A DNA stretch of 64,000 nt. Source: Lama guanicoe (lineage: Eukaryota). Location: assembly GCA_013239625.1 (NCBI GenBank), contig MU053881.1:4671957-4735956 (forward strand). The letters run 5' to 3'. A model generated the notes under the pieces. That model was not told the origin of the DNA. It worked only from the letters and a program-made list of their open reading frames with translations, and did no database searches. The position numbers and the translations under genes were made by a program. Below are positions 48,931 to 61,299 of the stretch, piece after piece (position 1 is the first letter of the stretch; every line of letters begins with the position of its first letter).

Positions 48931-49480
48931 AAAGATACACACACCCCAGTTCTCACAGCAGCACTATTTACAATAGCCAAGACAGGGAGGCAACCCAAAT
49001 GTCCATCAACAGACAACTGGATCAAGAAGTTATGGTATATATGTACAACTGAATATTAATCAACCATAAAAAAGAATGAAATCATGCCATAATGCAACTT
49101 GGATGGACCTAGAGATTATGATACTAAGGGAAGTAAACCAAAGGCAAATATCATATGATATCACTTATATGTGGAATCTAAAAGCAAAAAAATGACACAA
49201 ATGAACTTACAAAATAAAAACAGACTCACAGACAGAGAAAACAAACTTATGGCTACCAAAGGGGAAAGGAGGGGGTAAGGGTAAATTGGGAGTCTGGAAT
49301 TAGTAGATACAAACTACTATAGATAAATAACAAGGTCCTACTGTATAGCAAAAGGAACTATATTCAATAGCTTGTAGGAACCTATAATGAAAAAGGACAC
49401 ATGAATCACTATGCTGTACACCAAAAATTAATACAACATTGTAAATCGACTATAGTTCAATGAAATAAACAAATAATTTT
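48930..49480 (+). mobile_element. Artiodactyl-type L1 3' end inserted at the L1MB tail
   Basis: gcagcactatttacaatagccaagac...aaatgtccatcaacaga...ggatggacctagagattat...gatacaaactactat...acaacattgtaaatcgactata. Confidence 0.9.
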
Positions 49481-49594
49481 TTTAAATGTCTCCCCCTCCA
49501 AGTACCAGTTTTCATTTGCCAAAGGCACAAAAGGCATAAATGCAAGGACCCTCCTGCCTCCCCTAAGTCTCAAATCCTATACAGAATGAAGATG

Positions 49595-49840
49595 AATATT
49601 ATTTATTGACAGCATTTACTGTGCTCAGGTACCTAAGTACCTGAATTAATTAACTCATTTAACCCTCAGAACAACTCTACAAGGTGAAGCTGTTATTATA
49701 CCCATTTTACAGATGAGAAAAATAAGCACAGAGAACTTACATAACTAACCCATAGCTCATATGTGGCAAAGCCAAGATCTGAGCCCAGGATGTCTGACTT
49801 CAGAACCTGCATGATTACCCACTATACTAACTGCCTCTGT
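49595..49840 (-). mobile_element. MIR SINE
   Basis: atttattgacagc...ctcatttaaccctcagaacaac...cccattttacagatgagaaaa. Confidence 0.85.
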
Positions 49841-51200
49841 CTCGTTAGATGCTAAATATCTAAATAAGAACAAAAAAAATTGCTGTCTACTGACCAGTTA
49901 ACCCCACTATTTGATTATTCGGCTTCATAGAGAACAGAAATCCAGGCAGCTAAGTGAATTTTTTTTTTCATTTTCATCCAAATGTTTGGCATCACATAAA
50001 CAAGACGATGTGTCCATGAGACGGGCCCACTCAAGAATCAGAACTCTGTCACCAGTAGAAACATTGTGTCACTGAAAGGTTGTCATTTCATGAATTACTG
50101 TCCTACCCAGAAATGTTTGCCTAACTCCCTAGGGTCTTGTACTTTTTGAGGATCTGTTTCTGACAGCATTTTAACTCACAGCAGGTCCGAGCCATAGTTA
50201 ACAGACAACCTGCACATTTCTTGTCCTTCCTTCTTCCGATATCAGCTGAAGTCACACCAAAAAAAATTTTTTTGCGTCACAAATACTAAAAACCATGTAT
50301 ATTTTAACTTCATCTCTGGGATTAAAGTAAATGCATAATTCTGGCAAATTACTCGGAACTACGGGCTACCAGCATCTGGTTCGGATATTCCCGAATAAAT
50401 TATTGGCACAGTCTCTGCCACATTTTTAATTTTAACCAAAATGTTCTCAGAAACATGTGTTTTCTGTCCCGTTCGCATATAATCAGTTTTAGAGGGCCTT
50501 GGAGTTTTCAGCTGGGGTTCCAGAAATTCGCTGCGATACCTGGGCACTGCCCGCAGGCCTTCCTTCCTCCCAGTGCCGTTCTGGTCCTGCCTCCAGCCCT
50601 TCAGAGCGAGACGGGCCCGCAGGTACTGTGTGCACACGTCCCTCGCCCTTCGTTCAGCTCCCAAATTACATACCTCGCTTTTATGTCAAGTCCAATATAG
50701 CTTCCTTACCAGTTTTTTTTCCCTCCTTATTCCACATCAAGAGTACCCAATTACTTTTATAAATACTCGTTTTAAAAATATCACAGTGGTTTCCTGCCGC
50801 TTCAGATTCTGAAGGGCTATGCAGGATTTTAGACTCTTATAAATCTTTCAAACAGTTCATGTTTTATCAACAAAGCGTGCTTTTTTTGTAAACCCTAACT
50901 CCTCATCGAAGGCTTCTTGTTCCCCCAATTATTTGACCTTTCCATAAAAATGACAAAATAAAAGGAATTTTGGCCATTTCAAAAGTCCTTTGCCATGCTC
51001 GCCTTGTGTTCATTAACTCCGCCTCACCCACCAACAAGAGTGGTGTTTTTGGTTCAAAGAGAAAGCATGAGGCTTGTCAATTTCAAAACGTCCCGGCAGA
51101 CGGAAAGCAGGGTTATGGACTAGGTCTTTAAAAAAATTCTAGGAAGGCCTTGGCTTTTGTTAAAACTGAAGAGTTCCCTACGTCAAGGCAGGCACTTGTT

Positions 51201-51340
51201 TTTGCTTTTTTTTTTTGGTTGGAGGGAGGTAATTAGGTATTTGGTTTTTGTTTTTTTCTTTTAAGTAGTGGTACTGGGGACTGAACCCTGGACCTCTTGT
51301 ATGCAAAGCATGCATTCTCCCACTGAGCTATACCCTCCCT
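51201..51340 (-). mobile_element. Camelid tRNA-Ala SINE
   Basis: gaggtaattagg...ggtactggggactgaaccctggacc...cactgagctataccctccc; degenerate TSD aggcaggcacttgtt / aggcaggggcttctt. Confidence 0.88.
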
Positions 51341-51974
51341 TCTAGGCAGGGGCTTCTTGTATGACTGTGGTGACACATCACCAGGGACAGAGAAGAAGTC
51401 CGCCTGCACAGAAGAGGCTGGGTACAGGTTCTAAGGATGCCCCAGTCCTGCAGTACACTCGGCCATCTTGCATGGATAAGGGCACTTCTCTGGTTTTCCA
51501 CTTGGAACTCCTGGGAGATACCCCACTTAGGGGGCAAATCCAAGAATGATATTCGACCATGAGCAAGATGCAGTTCTAAGCAGCACAACAATCAAGGTGC
51601 ATCCATCAGCCAAACGGCCCTCTGGATGCTCAGGAGTTACAGGTTCTAGTCTCTTCTGCTATGTCTGAACTTGCATCTTGATCTGGAAACCACTGCTGGG
51701 CAGGGAGAGAGAGAACAAGGGGAAAGAAATCTAGTCTGGGTTTATTTTAGAGCCTCAGGCCTCGAACACGAAAAGAATAAACCAACTCTACGAAGAATGA
51801 CTTTGGTTTAAATGCCCTTGCTTCTCTCCTCCAAAAATCCAGGAAAGTGTTTGTAATCAGCTTAGAGTCACCACCATCCCCAACTTACCACCCACCCTTC
51901 CCCACATGCATTCATCCAGCAAATGTTTGGTGACCACCTACTATGTGCCCAGTTCTTTTGGGAGCTGAGCATGC

Positions 51975-52243
51975 TGTCACGGGGGCTGGCAAGTCTGAAT
52001 TCTTAGGACAGATCAGCAGGCTGAAAACACGGGAGGAACTGGTGCTGAGGACAGAATTCCTTCTCTGGGACACCTCAGTTTTGCTCTTAATGCTATCAGC
52101 TGATTGAATGGGTCATCTTTACTTAAAGTCACCTGACTGTAGATGCCAACCACATCCACAAAATACCTTCGCAGCAACACTTAGATTTGAGTTTGATTAA
52201 ACAGCTGGCACTACGCTAAGCTGACACATAAAACCAACGTCCC
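51975..52243 (-). mobile_element. MLT2-like ERVL LTR
   Basis: gggggctggcaagtctgaa...tttacttaaagtcacctgactgtagatg...cacaaaataccttcgcagcaaca...gctgacacataaaa. Confidence 0.8.
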
Positions 52244-52249
52244 AGGAGG

Positions 52250-53100
52250 CATCTGGAGAGGGAGCCGGAAGGGTCAGGCTGAGGGGGAGGAGGCAGGCTG
52301 GGCCTGGGAGGGTGCGATGGGTCCAAGTGTAGACAGCTGAAACAGTGTGAGCTGAAAATAGGGCCACTCGGTGGAAACTGCTGTTACAGAGTCACCAAGG
52401 GGACTTTGAACTCTGTGCTAAGAGGTCTGCAGCCCGTGCCCAGGCCCCCAGGAGCCGTGACAAGTTTCCCAGGATCCAGGCAATACTGCTATCTGGCAGG
52501 AGTCTGAGGATAGACTGGGAAGAACAGATCACTGAGAAATCTGCACGGAGCCCCCCACCCCGAGGAAAGGACCAGATCCCAGGCCAGTGAGGAGAAAGAT
52601 GAATGGCTGTAAGAGGCAGGCTGCTGGGGGGTGGAGAGGGGGGCGACACGGGGCTGGGGACTGAGCTAGAAAGGATGTCCCCATCCCCATGAAGAGCAGT
52701 GGGGAGATCAAGAAGAGCAGCCAGCTAGGAGGGCAGGTGGGGAGCCCGAGCCTCGATGTTTCAAGGATGTGCTCGCTGAGACCACCGGGGACACACGGCC
52801 ACCCACAGAGAAGCCACAGTCACGACAGAGAGAAAACCTCTGGTGTGGGTGCCATAGGAGGTGATGGCGTCTCCGAGGGAGGGACTGGAGAGAACCAGTC
52901 GGAGAACTGAGCCTCAGAGGGTGGCTCCAAAGAGCACACGAAACCAAGGGAACAGAACCAGAATGTCAGACAGTGGCCAGCCAGGCCACAGAGGGAATGG
53001 AGGGCTGTGGTGAGGACCAGGCTGTAAAGGAAGGTCTTCAAAATAGTGACCAAAGCAACACAGTGATCGAGGGGCTAGGAGTGACCTCAGGAAGAAATGT
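52250..53100 (-). mobile_element. L2 LINE fragment
   Basis: Purine-rich L2 antisense pattern, e.g. ggactttgaactctgtgctaagag, gagcagccagctaggagggcagg. Confidence 0.55.
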
Positions 53101-53659
53101 GAGGTGAGCTGCACTCAGGGCTTCTCCCACGTGTAAGGGGACAGGAGAGAAGAGTCTACAGCCAGTGGCATGGCCGTGTGCTCGAGGATGGGGGTTGAGG
53201 CAGAAAGAGAACTTTTCCCAGGAGTCAGCCTCTCTAGAGCCCCACGGGGGCTAGCGCAGGACCCCCCAGGAGAGGAGGAGAGGATGTGCACTAGACTTCA
53301 GTGGAGGTCTAGTTAACCCCTGGGCAGCTAGGAGGATGGGACTGGGGTGGGGTTACTGAAAGTGGAGGAACAGATAAAAGGGCTGAAGACCACAGTAAAC
53401 TGGGAGAAAGGTGGGGTTGGTGATCATGGGGGAAGGCAGGAGGACTTGGGGAAACAGGGCCTTGTTACTTGATGAAGTTAAGGAGAATGGGAAAGCAGAT
53501 GCAAATTGGATGATACACACAGCGGGATACAGGATACTCAGGCTCAAATCAAGGATGAAAGGTTAGCGTGGCAGCAGCATCAGGAGGTGGGTACCAGCAA
53601 ACATTGCTTCAGACACTTGTCTAGTACAAAAGGGGTGGTGAGGCAGCGCCCCCAAATGA

Positions 53660-53885
53660 TGCCAACAGCTCACACTTCTACACACGGCTTACTGCCCACC
53701 AGACACAACTCTTCTGAGCTCTGTATATTAACACATGTCAAGTCTCAATCATCACAACCCTAAGAGATGCGGTACAATAATTATCACCATTTTACAGAGA
53801 AACAGAGGAACAGAGAGGTTAAGAACCTGCCGAAGGTCACACAGCTAGCAAGTGGCAGAACTGGGATTCAAACTAGACAGTCAAC
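53660..53885 (-). mobile_element. MIR SINE
   Basis: accattttacagagaaacagaggaacagagaggttaagaacctgccgaaggtcacacagctagcaagtggcagaactgggattcaaac. Confidence 0.9.
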
Positions 53886-54759
53886 TTAGGTGTGAGAGGT
53901 TAAATGAATTGTCTGACACCATAAAGCAAGAAGACAAATTCAGAACTGAAACAAAAACACATACATATGGTGGCAAACCAGGCTGGGTGACCCTCTGAGG
54001 AACCTGATCTAGAGGCAGAATAAGAATGCTTACCAGGAGCTTACAATGTCCCCTCCAGTCCTCAGCCAGGCACACTGGTTCCCAAAATCCTTGCAAAGAC
54101 TTGTCCCAAACCAGGATGATATCCTGCACAGAAGCCAGAGGGCCTGGGGTCTAGAGGGCAAGGGTCGCAGCTTTTAGGCATCAGCAGCCTGGACAATGCT
54201 GGAGGTGCCCTGAGAAGCTAGGGGGTCACCTGCCAGAAAGCCTCCACTAGATTCAGGGTCAGATTCTGGGGATGCCGAATATGCCAGAAATGGCTTAGCC
54301 AAGGGCCTCTGAGGAGATGCTTCACAGACACCTGCCTAGAACGAAATGGCTGGTGGAGGTCCCTGCCAGCCCTGGGAGTCTGTCTATACTGAGCCAGAAC
54401 TCGGCCGATTCAGAATCTGAAGATTTATGGATGATCTGCTGTGTCATTTGACCTCTTAACTTGCTGAAATCCAAACTGGTAATTAAGCCAAGTCCAAACA
54501 TCCAACACAGAGGGAATGAAAGAGAGACTCTTTACCCTAAAAATAACCCTATTGCTTTTACATTTGTATCTTTCCACTTACCTGTAAAAAAATCTTTCAT
54601 CTTACAGAAGGGCTACCCATTGCAACTAAAAACCAAAATGTTGCTTTTCTGCTTGCTCACCCAGCCCACAGGGTCAGGCTCAAGAGACAAATATGCACCA
54701 TGCTGTCTTCTTGTTCTTAGGCAAAACTGATTTCCCACTGCAAAGTATTATGGTCAACC

Positions 54760-55026
54760 CTTCACACCTCTCAGCCCCTTCCCCTCCATTTTCCAGCCCC
54801 TCATCCTGCTCTCTCCTCCTCCAAGCCAACTGCCCAGCCTTTGTTCCCAGGCCCAGTTCCCCTTCCCATTTCACTCAGCCTGCCCCTTCTCTTCCCCTCC
54901 TCCTTCTCCATCCCTTCCTCCTATTCCTCCTCCCACCTCTTCCCTCTCTTTCAATCTCCTCCTCTTCCTTCTCCTCGCCCACCCCCATCCATCTCCTCCT
55001 CCTCCATCTCCTTCACCTCCTCCACC
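54760..55026. repeat. C/T-rich (CCT-like) low-complexity polypyrimidine tract
   Basis: ccttctcttcccctcctccttctccatcccttcctcctattcctcctcc... Confidence 0.85.
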
Positions 55027-56948
55027 ATAGGTGGTCTGAGGACCAGCAGCTAATGGGGAAAGAAGAGTGAGTTCTACTCCAGCAGGAGGAACCTGGAACA
55101 GGGCAGGAGGGCAGGGAGCCCCCAAAGACCAGAGAAAGGCACCAGAGCCCTTCCTTTGGCCCCCTTGCTGGTCCCCCAAGCTGCCTCCCCAGTGAGGTCC
55201 ACAGCAAGTGGCAGCCCCCGGCTGCCATGCCCAGAGTTCACAGAATGGGAAGTCACCCAAGATCCAGAAGTGTGTCCGGGGCCAGCTGGCATTTTCCTGA
55301 CAGCATCCTCCCCCATCACATAAATCAGAATTCCCCAAAACGTGATGTGTGTATTATTGGACCCCTGGGGGCGATTCACAGGGCAATGGACACATGCTTT
55401 CTATTCAAGAGCTAATCTATTTTTGCCATCACCTTCTATTTACAGGAAGGAATACTGGTTTTCACATGCAGTCATGGCATAAAGCTTCCTGCTAAAATAA
55501 ATTTTCTCAGTGAAAAACATGAGCCACTTTAAAGAAAAGTGGAAAGTAAGTAATAATTGCACGGGTAGAACGCGGGTACGGCAAACATCACACAGGTAAT
55601 AAGGAAATGACTGATGACTGGTGATTCTGACACTAACTGCGTAGATAAGGACCCAACCCCGTAGACCTGCTTTGGTCTTTGGTTAACTGAGAATCGGTCG
55701 GACTCGCAAACCAATTCAATTCAACGGACGGATATTTGCCAAGAGCCTTTGCTGTGTCCAGGACTGTGAGAGTCACAGAGAAAAGTGAACTCTCACAGCA
55801 GCCCCTGACTTCCGGGAGCTTCCAGTTTACTTGCTGGAAAGGACACGTCTACACTCAAGGAAACTGCTAGTGAATGGAGCAAAATAATGTATACGAGAGG
55901 GAAGCAGACGTGAGCAGTGGGGGACAAGAAAAAGGAGCCCAGGCCTGGCTGGGCTGACTCCAGGGTGGCCTCAGGATAGGTCATGGAGACGCCAGTGAGT
56001 TCTGAAGAGCCTGGAATGTTCCTTCATCTCCAACCTCATCACCTGGATCGCAAGAAGTTGCTCCAGACCCTGGTGACCTTGAGGCAGTGAAAGTCACCAG
56101 AGGACCTCACTTCTAAAAGTGTGAGAAAAGGCAGACACCCCTGAGTCACATCTTGGGTGCTCTGTAACCCTGACAGGCACCCCCCCCAGAGCCCGCATGG
56201 CAGGGCTATTCTGCGGTGGCACTAAGGACCTCAGTGTCCTCTAGCCAGGCTTCCCGCCTACTCTCTGCTCTCCTGTGTGGTTCTCCTGGCTCTTGAATTC
56301 CTGATGCCTCCTTCTCTTGGTGGCTGGGGACGACTGTTTCCCTTCCTGGTCTGAAACTGACCTAGGAACCCTGAGAGCTGGGCATACGTAGCTGAGTGGG
56401 AACAGAGGCAGATTCACAACTGCTGTATTTCCCTCCAGATCTTGAGAGCTGACCCCTTCAGGTACCTCCGGGTGCCCTGCTTACAGGGAGGTCCCATCTT
56501 AGGGAACTGCTCCCCCCATCCTACCCATAGGGTCCCAGGGTGGGCACCCATCCCCAAGTTCACATCACATGGCCCCACCCCTTTGACCATAAGGCATTGG
56601 AGTAAGGATCTGAGCCAATCAGATTCTCCCTCCGGAATCAGGAACTATTCGAAATTTGGAATTACAACAGAGACTCCAGCTCACGTGGGGCTGATCTCTG
56701 GGCAGCAGAGGTGAAAACTCTACAGTTAGGGGAGGCCACCTTCTGCTGTATGGCCCAGAGATGCAGAGGATGTGGATCTGAAGAAAGAAGAGAAGACATC
56801 AGACAAAAAGAGAGGAACCCTAACAAGTCATGCTCCTCCTCAGCCTTTGGCCAAGTATTCTTGCTACCACATTGCCCTCCTCTCCCTCCCCGTCCAAGAG
56901 ACCTGCACAGGACTCAAGGCTTCCATCGTGCTCAACCATAAAGTCCAC

Positions 56949-57331
56949 TGTTAAGGGCTGAATGCTTCTGTCCCCCAAAATGTGTAAGTGGAAGCCCTAA
57001 CCCCTGCTAGAAAGGTATCTGGAGGTGGGACCTTTGGGAGGTAACTGGGTTAGATGAGGTCCTGAGGGTGAAGCCTCCCATGATGGGATTAATGCCCTAT
57101 TAAGACCAGAAAGCTTAACCTCTCTCTCTCTCCCCTCCCCCAACCATGTGAAAACACAGCAAGAAGAAGGCCGTCTACAAGCCAGGAGGAGAACCCTCAC
57201 CAGAACCCGAGCAAGCTGGCACCCTGATCTCAGACTTCCCAGCCTCCAGAACTGTGAGAGAATAAATCATTGTTGTTTAAGCCATCCCGTCTATGGTATT
57301 TTGTTTCTAGCAGCCCAAGCTAACTAAGACA
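56949..57331 (+). mobile_element. MLT1A-like solo LTR, complete, inserted in L2
   Basis: TG...CA ends, aataaa, tgatctcagacttcccagcctccagaactgtgaga; 5-bp TSD tccac / tccat. Confidence 0.9.
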
Positions 57332-57752
57332 TCCATCCTCCCTGCCCTGGCCATTGGCCTTAAATAATTCATCTCTGGCCACCTTCCACGGCACTCACTA
57401 GCCTTCGGCCACACCAACCACCTTTCAGTTCTTCGAACAAGCCAAGCTTAATGCCAACCTCAGGGCCTTTGTACTTACTCTGCTTCTGGCCGGAGGCAGC
57501 CTCCCCTGGTCTTCACACAAGGGACTTTTTCACGTCATTCAGTTTTTATCAAAACGGTCCCTATTCAGGGAGGACTTCTCAGAGCCCCTCCCTGACACAG
57601 GCCCTTAGACACTAGGTTTTCTCATTACTTTACTTGCTGCATGAGACCAGATACCTTGCCCACCTCATTCTACACCCCATGAAGCCCAGCACAGCACCTG
57701 GCATAGCAAAGGTGTTCACGCCAGGTATTTGTCAAATACATGAACAAATGAC
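57332..57752 (+). mobile_element. L2 3' region
   Basis: ctcagggcctttgtactt...cccagcacagcacctggcatagcaaaggtgttca...tatttgtcaaata. Confidence 0.75.
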
Positions 57753-58429
57753 TGAGACACAAGAGTCTGGCTTCCACTAGTGAAGCCAGAGGGCCAAGCT
57801 GCCAGTGGAAAAGGGGGAGGGTTGACACTGGCAGAGGGAAGGCACCACCATTAGCTTGGCCTGTGTTCAAAAGTGGCCCAGCCTGCAAGCCAGCCCACGC
57901 CGGCCCACCTAAGGAAACACAGTCAGTGCCGAACTCGGGAAACGGAGCCCAAGGCTGGTCAAGACAGTCACACTCCAAAATACGCACGGCCAGATTTCCT
58001 GCGCCGCGTGTTTTATCTTTGACCGTCCTTATGGAAACATTATTCAAGAACGTCGTGAACACACAAAAATAAATCTTTAAAAATATCATTTGGACGACAC
58101 ACACATACGAATGAAAGATTTTTTCTCTTTTTACTACAGCAGTCCATTAAGGCATTTTTTAAAAAAGCCAATGTGCTAAGTAACTGCACACAGTAACCTG
58201 CAAATAAAAATGTTCCCAGTTACTGCCCACACAGCTGCCCCTAGACGAAACCCACCCCAATCTCACCATCAATCAAGGCTGGAGGTGAGGGCAGCTCACC
58301 AGCTCTGTTTCCTGTCTTCTGAGGATCTGACAGTGTCCAAAGCAGCAGAAGGTCACGGTTCTTGCTCACACTCGGATGTGGATCAGAGAGAGTGGCCACA
58401 GTCACTACCACATGCTTTGATCACTGGGG

Positions 58430-58650
58430 AAAACAATGCCTGTTCGGTGTCTGCTTGGTGTCAAGCACTGAGCAAGACATTTGACACGCTATCTCATTTA
58501 ATCCCACAACGACCCTATGAAGCACACAGTGTTATCCTTGGGCTTATGGTGAGCAGACTGAAGCACAGAGAGGCCAAGTCACCTGGCTGGGATCACACAG
58601 CTCATCAGCATCAAGGCTGAGATGCGAACGCCACAGCATCTAAATCCCTA
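58430..58650 (-). mobile_element. MIR SINE
   Basis: atctcatttaatcccacaacgaccctatgaa...actgaagcacagagagg. Confidence 0.8.
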
Positions 58651-59349
58651 CCCACCCAGGAGCTGTCTCCCACATCCGCGTTCCACAGATCAGCTCTCCT
58701 TGCCCTGCTTCCTCTCCGCCACCAGTAACTGACTTCAAGGGCCCGACACCTTCCTCTTTTTTGTCTCGCCTCAACACCCAGCATCCGCAGGCCAGCAGTG
58801 AACAGCACGTGGCTGACGATGATGTGCCCCGGCTGCTGGAAGAGCATCCCCTCCTGGTCCACCTCTCTCTCCCTCTGGCTCCCCCTCCCCAGGGGCTCTT
58901 TCCTCCTCTTTTTATCCGTTATCAGCCTTCTTGCTTTAATTTTGCCTGCCTAAATTGTCTTGTTACCCACTACTTTTTGTCTGTAACCTTGCCAGAAACC
59001 AAGAAGAGTCTAAAAACATTCTTTGGCTTCCTCTGAGATTATAATCTCACCCTAGATCCTGTCCCTTTCTTTCCTCTGAGGACTTCCTTTTACTTTTCTC
59101 TCTTTCATTTTTCTCTCTTCCTAGTTCTTCTGCCTTTCTTAAGGCTTTAAGGTCTTAAGGAGAAAAAAACAGCTTTGTCTATGCATATGCACATACATGG
59201 GTACTGGATTCCCCTGGCCATGAGGCTACGTTCACTTTATTCAGCATCAAAGTGAAAGTGTTTTGCAACACAATCTATAATCCTCATTGTTCACTGGTGG
59301 GGACAGAGACGTGGGTTATGACTTCCAGAACAAGAATAAAATACAAAGA

Positions 59350-59530
59350 CCTGGGAACTTGAATAGCCACATTCAAATCTGGACTTGAACCTTTCCAGCT
59401 GTATGTGCCTTGGACAAGAATCTCTGAGCTTGAGGTTTTTATCTGTAAAATGGGAATAATAATTCTACTCCTTCCCAAGGTTGTAGAGAGGTTTAAAGGG
59501 GCAGTGTATGTGAAAGCATTTTTAACCTAT
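59350..59530 (+). mobile_element. MIR SINE
   Basis: cagctgtatgtgccttggacaag...ttttatctgtaaaatgggaataataa. Confidence 0.8.
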
Positions 59531-59749
59531 AAAGAATTTCAGCATAAGGCAGTATGAGATCAGGGCCTTGGCTGAACTATGACATGTCACAAGAACTGGG
59601 AGGACACCGTCGAGCTGGGCTTTGGACATCACACCTGGATGGCCCACTAACCTTCACACCCACCACCTTTCCCCCAAACTGGGTTTCCCCTCTGAAAGTC
59701 ACAGTTCTGCTAATGAAACCAGGAGGCATTTCATCCTCCAGTAACCACA

Positions 59750-61265
59750 CACACACATCTCATTTGCTGCGAGTCAGGGACTGCAGTGGGTGCCAGGGAC
59801 TGGACATCGAACAGGGCTGGACAGTACCTTCTCCTTCAGGACACTCACAGTTCACATGGGGAGGGAGAAAGAAAAAGACAGAAAACAAACAATCAAAATA
59901 AGTAAATAAACCAGGTAATAATGGAAGCAGGCCCCTGATTTGCAGGAATAGCCTGCATTTAAGCCCTAAGGCAGGAAAGAGGTTGGCCCAGTTGTAATAG
60001 AGAAAGAAGGTGCTGGAAGGGAGCGAGGGAGGGAGTGGTTCCCGTGAGGTCTGCAAAACCAGCAGGGCCAGATCTGGTGTGGATTTGATTCTAAGGGGGC
60101 CTCTGGAATGGTGCAGCTGAGTGCTAGGACTTGGTTTATGGTTTATCTTTGTTGGTTGCTTGGTTTGTTGCTCTTGTTTGTTTGTTTTTAATCAATCTCG
60201 CTGCAGTGCAGACAATCCGGGCTGGAGAGAGTATTGGTGAGCGAAAGTGGAAGCAAGGGAGGAGGTGGTCAGCTCCTCAGCAGAACGAGGCCGAGACGAC
60301 TGAGGCGTGGATGGTGGCCTTGGAGAGAGGTGAACAGAACCCCCAAGTATTTTGGAGTTAGAAACAACACGAGTTGGTGAGAAGTTTCATACAGAGGCAC
60401 GAAGGCACGGAGAAAATGACTCATTTTCATATCAAAGATGACTCCTGGGGTTTTTTGCTGGAGCAACCAGAGAAGTAGAGCTGGCTTCGACTGGGATGGA
60501 GGGGAGGGGGTGGAAGAGAAGGGGAGGAGCCCTGGGCAGGTGAAGGCAGTGCTGGTAAAAGAGAGGCTTAAACTTCCATCACGTTCCCCACGTACCCCTC
60601 AAGTGCAAAAGTTGGTTATCTTGCCAGTCTGTCCCCCACGTGCTTCTCAAAATCACCTCCACCTTCACATCTCCAATTTGTCACCTGACTTGTCAATGCG
60701 TTTCCGCCCAGGAGATCTCCATCTCCAATCCAGCTGCTGTACCCTCACTGGCCCTACATCCTCAGGACTTTCTGGAATGGGGAGGAACACACTTGCCTTT
60801 ACTGTTGAGGACTTTTGTACCTTATTTTCTGCAGATGAAGACAGACACACAGGACCTGGGGTCAAACTCCAGTCAGTGCTCAGCTGAGCGTCCGTTTCTC
60901 CGCAAACACCATCATCCCAGCCACACCCAGCTCCCCTGCTCTCCCTCCTGCCTGCTCTCCCTTCTCTGGCCTCTGCATATGTCAGTCCAGCTGCCTGGGA
61001 CTCTTCTCTCTCCTCGTTTCCACCCTCTAAATGCCTCCTAACCATCCTTCAGTCTCCGTTTTTTAAGTGAATGTAAAAACTAAATATTTTCATCTTTGAC
61101 ACCTTTCAGGAGTCCCTCAATCATTCCTGGTACCCAGGGGAACCTGCCCTCACCTCCACCGTAATTCCAACCACACAGTGCTGTAAAAATGGATGCCTCC
61201 TCCCTTCTGGACTGGCACTGAAATAAGGTACCCAAGTGCCTGGGTGCACTATTCATCAGCTGTCA
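59750..61265. mobile_element. L2 fragments (minus ~59750-60530; plus ~60600-61265)
   Basis: ggatttgattctaagggg...gacaatccgggctggagag...aaagatgactcctggggttttt; then ttgccagtctgtccccc...cacatctccaatttg. Confidence 0.5.
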
Positions 61266-61299
61266 AACATGAACCTGGGGCAGATCCATCCTACAAATA

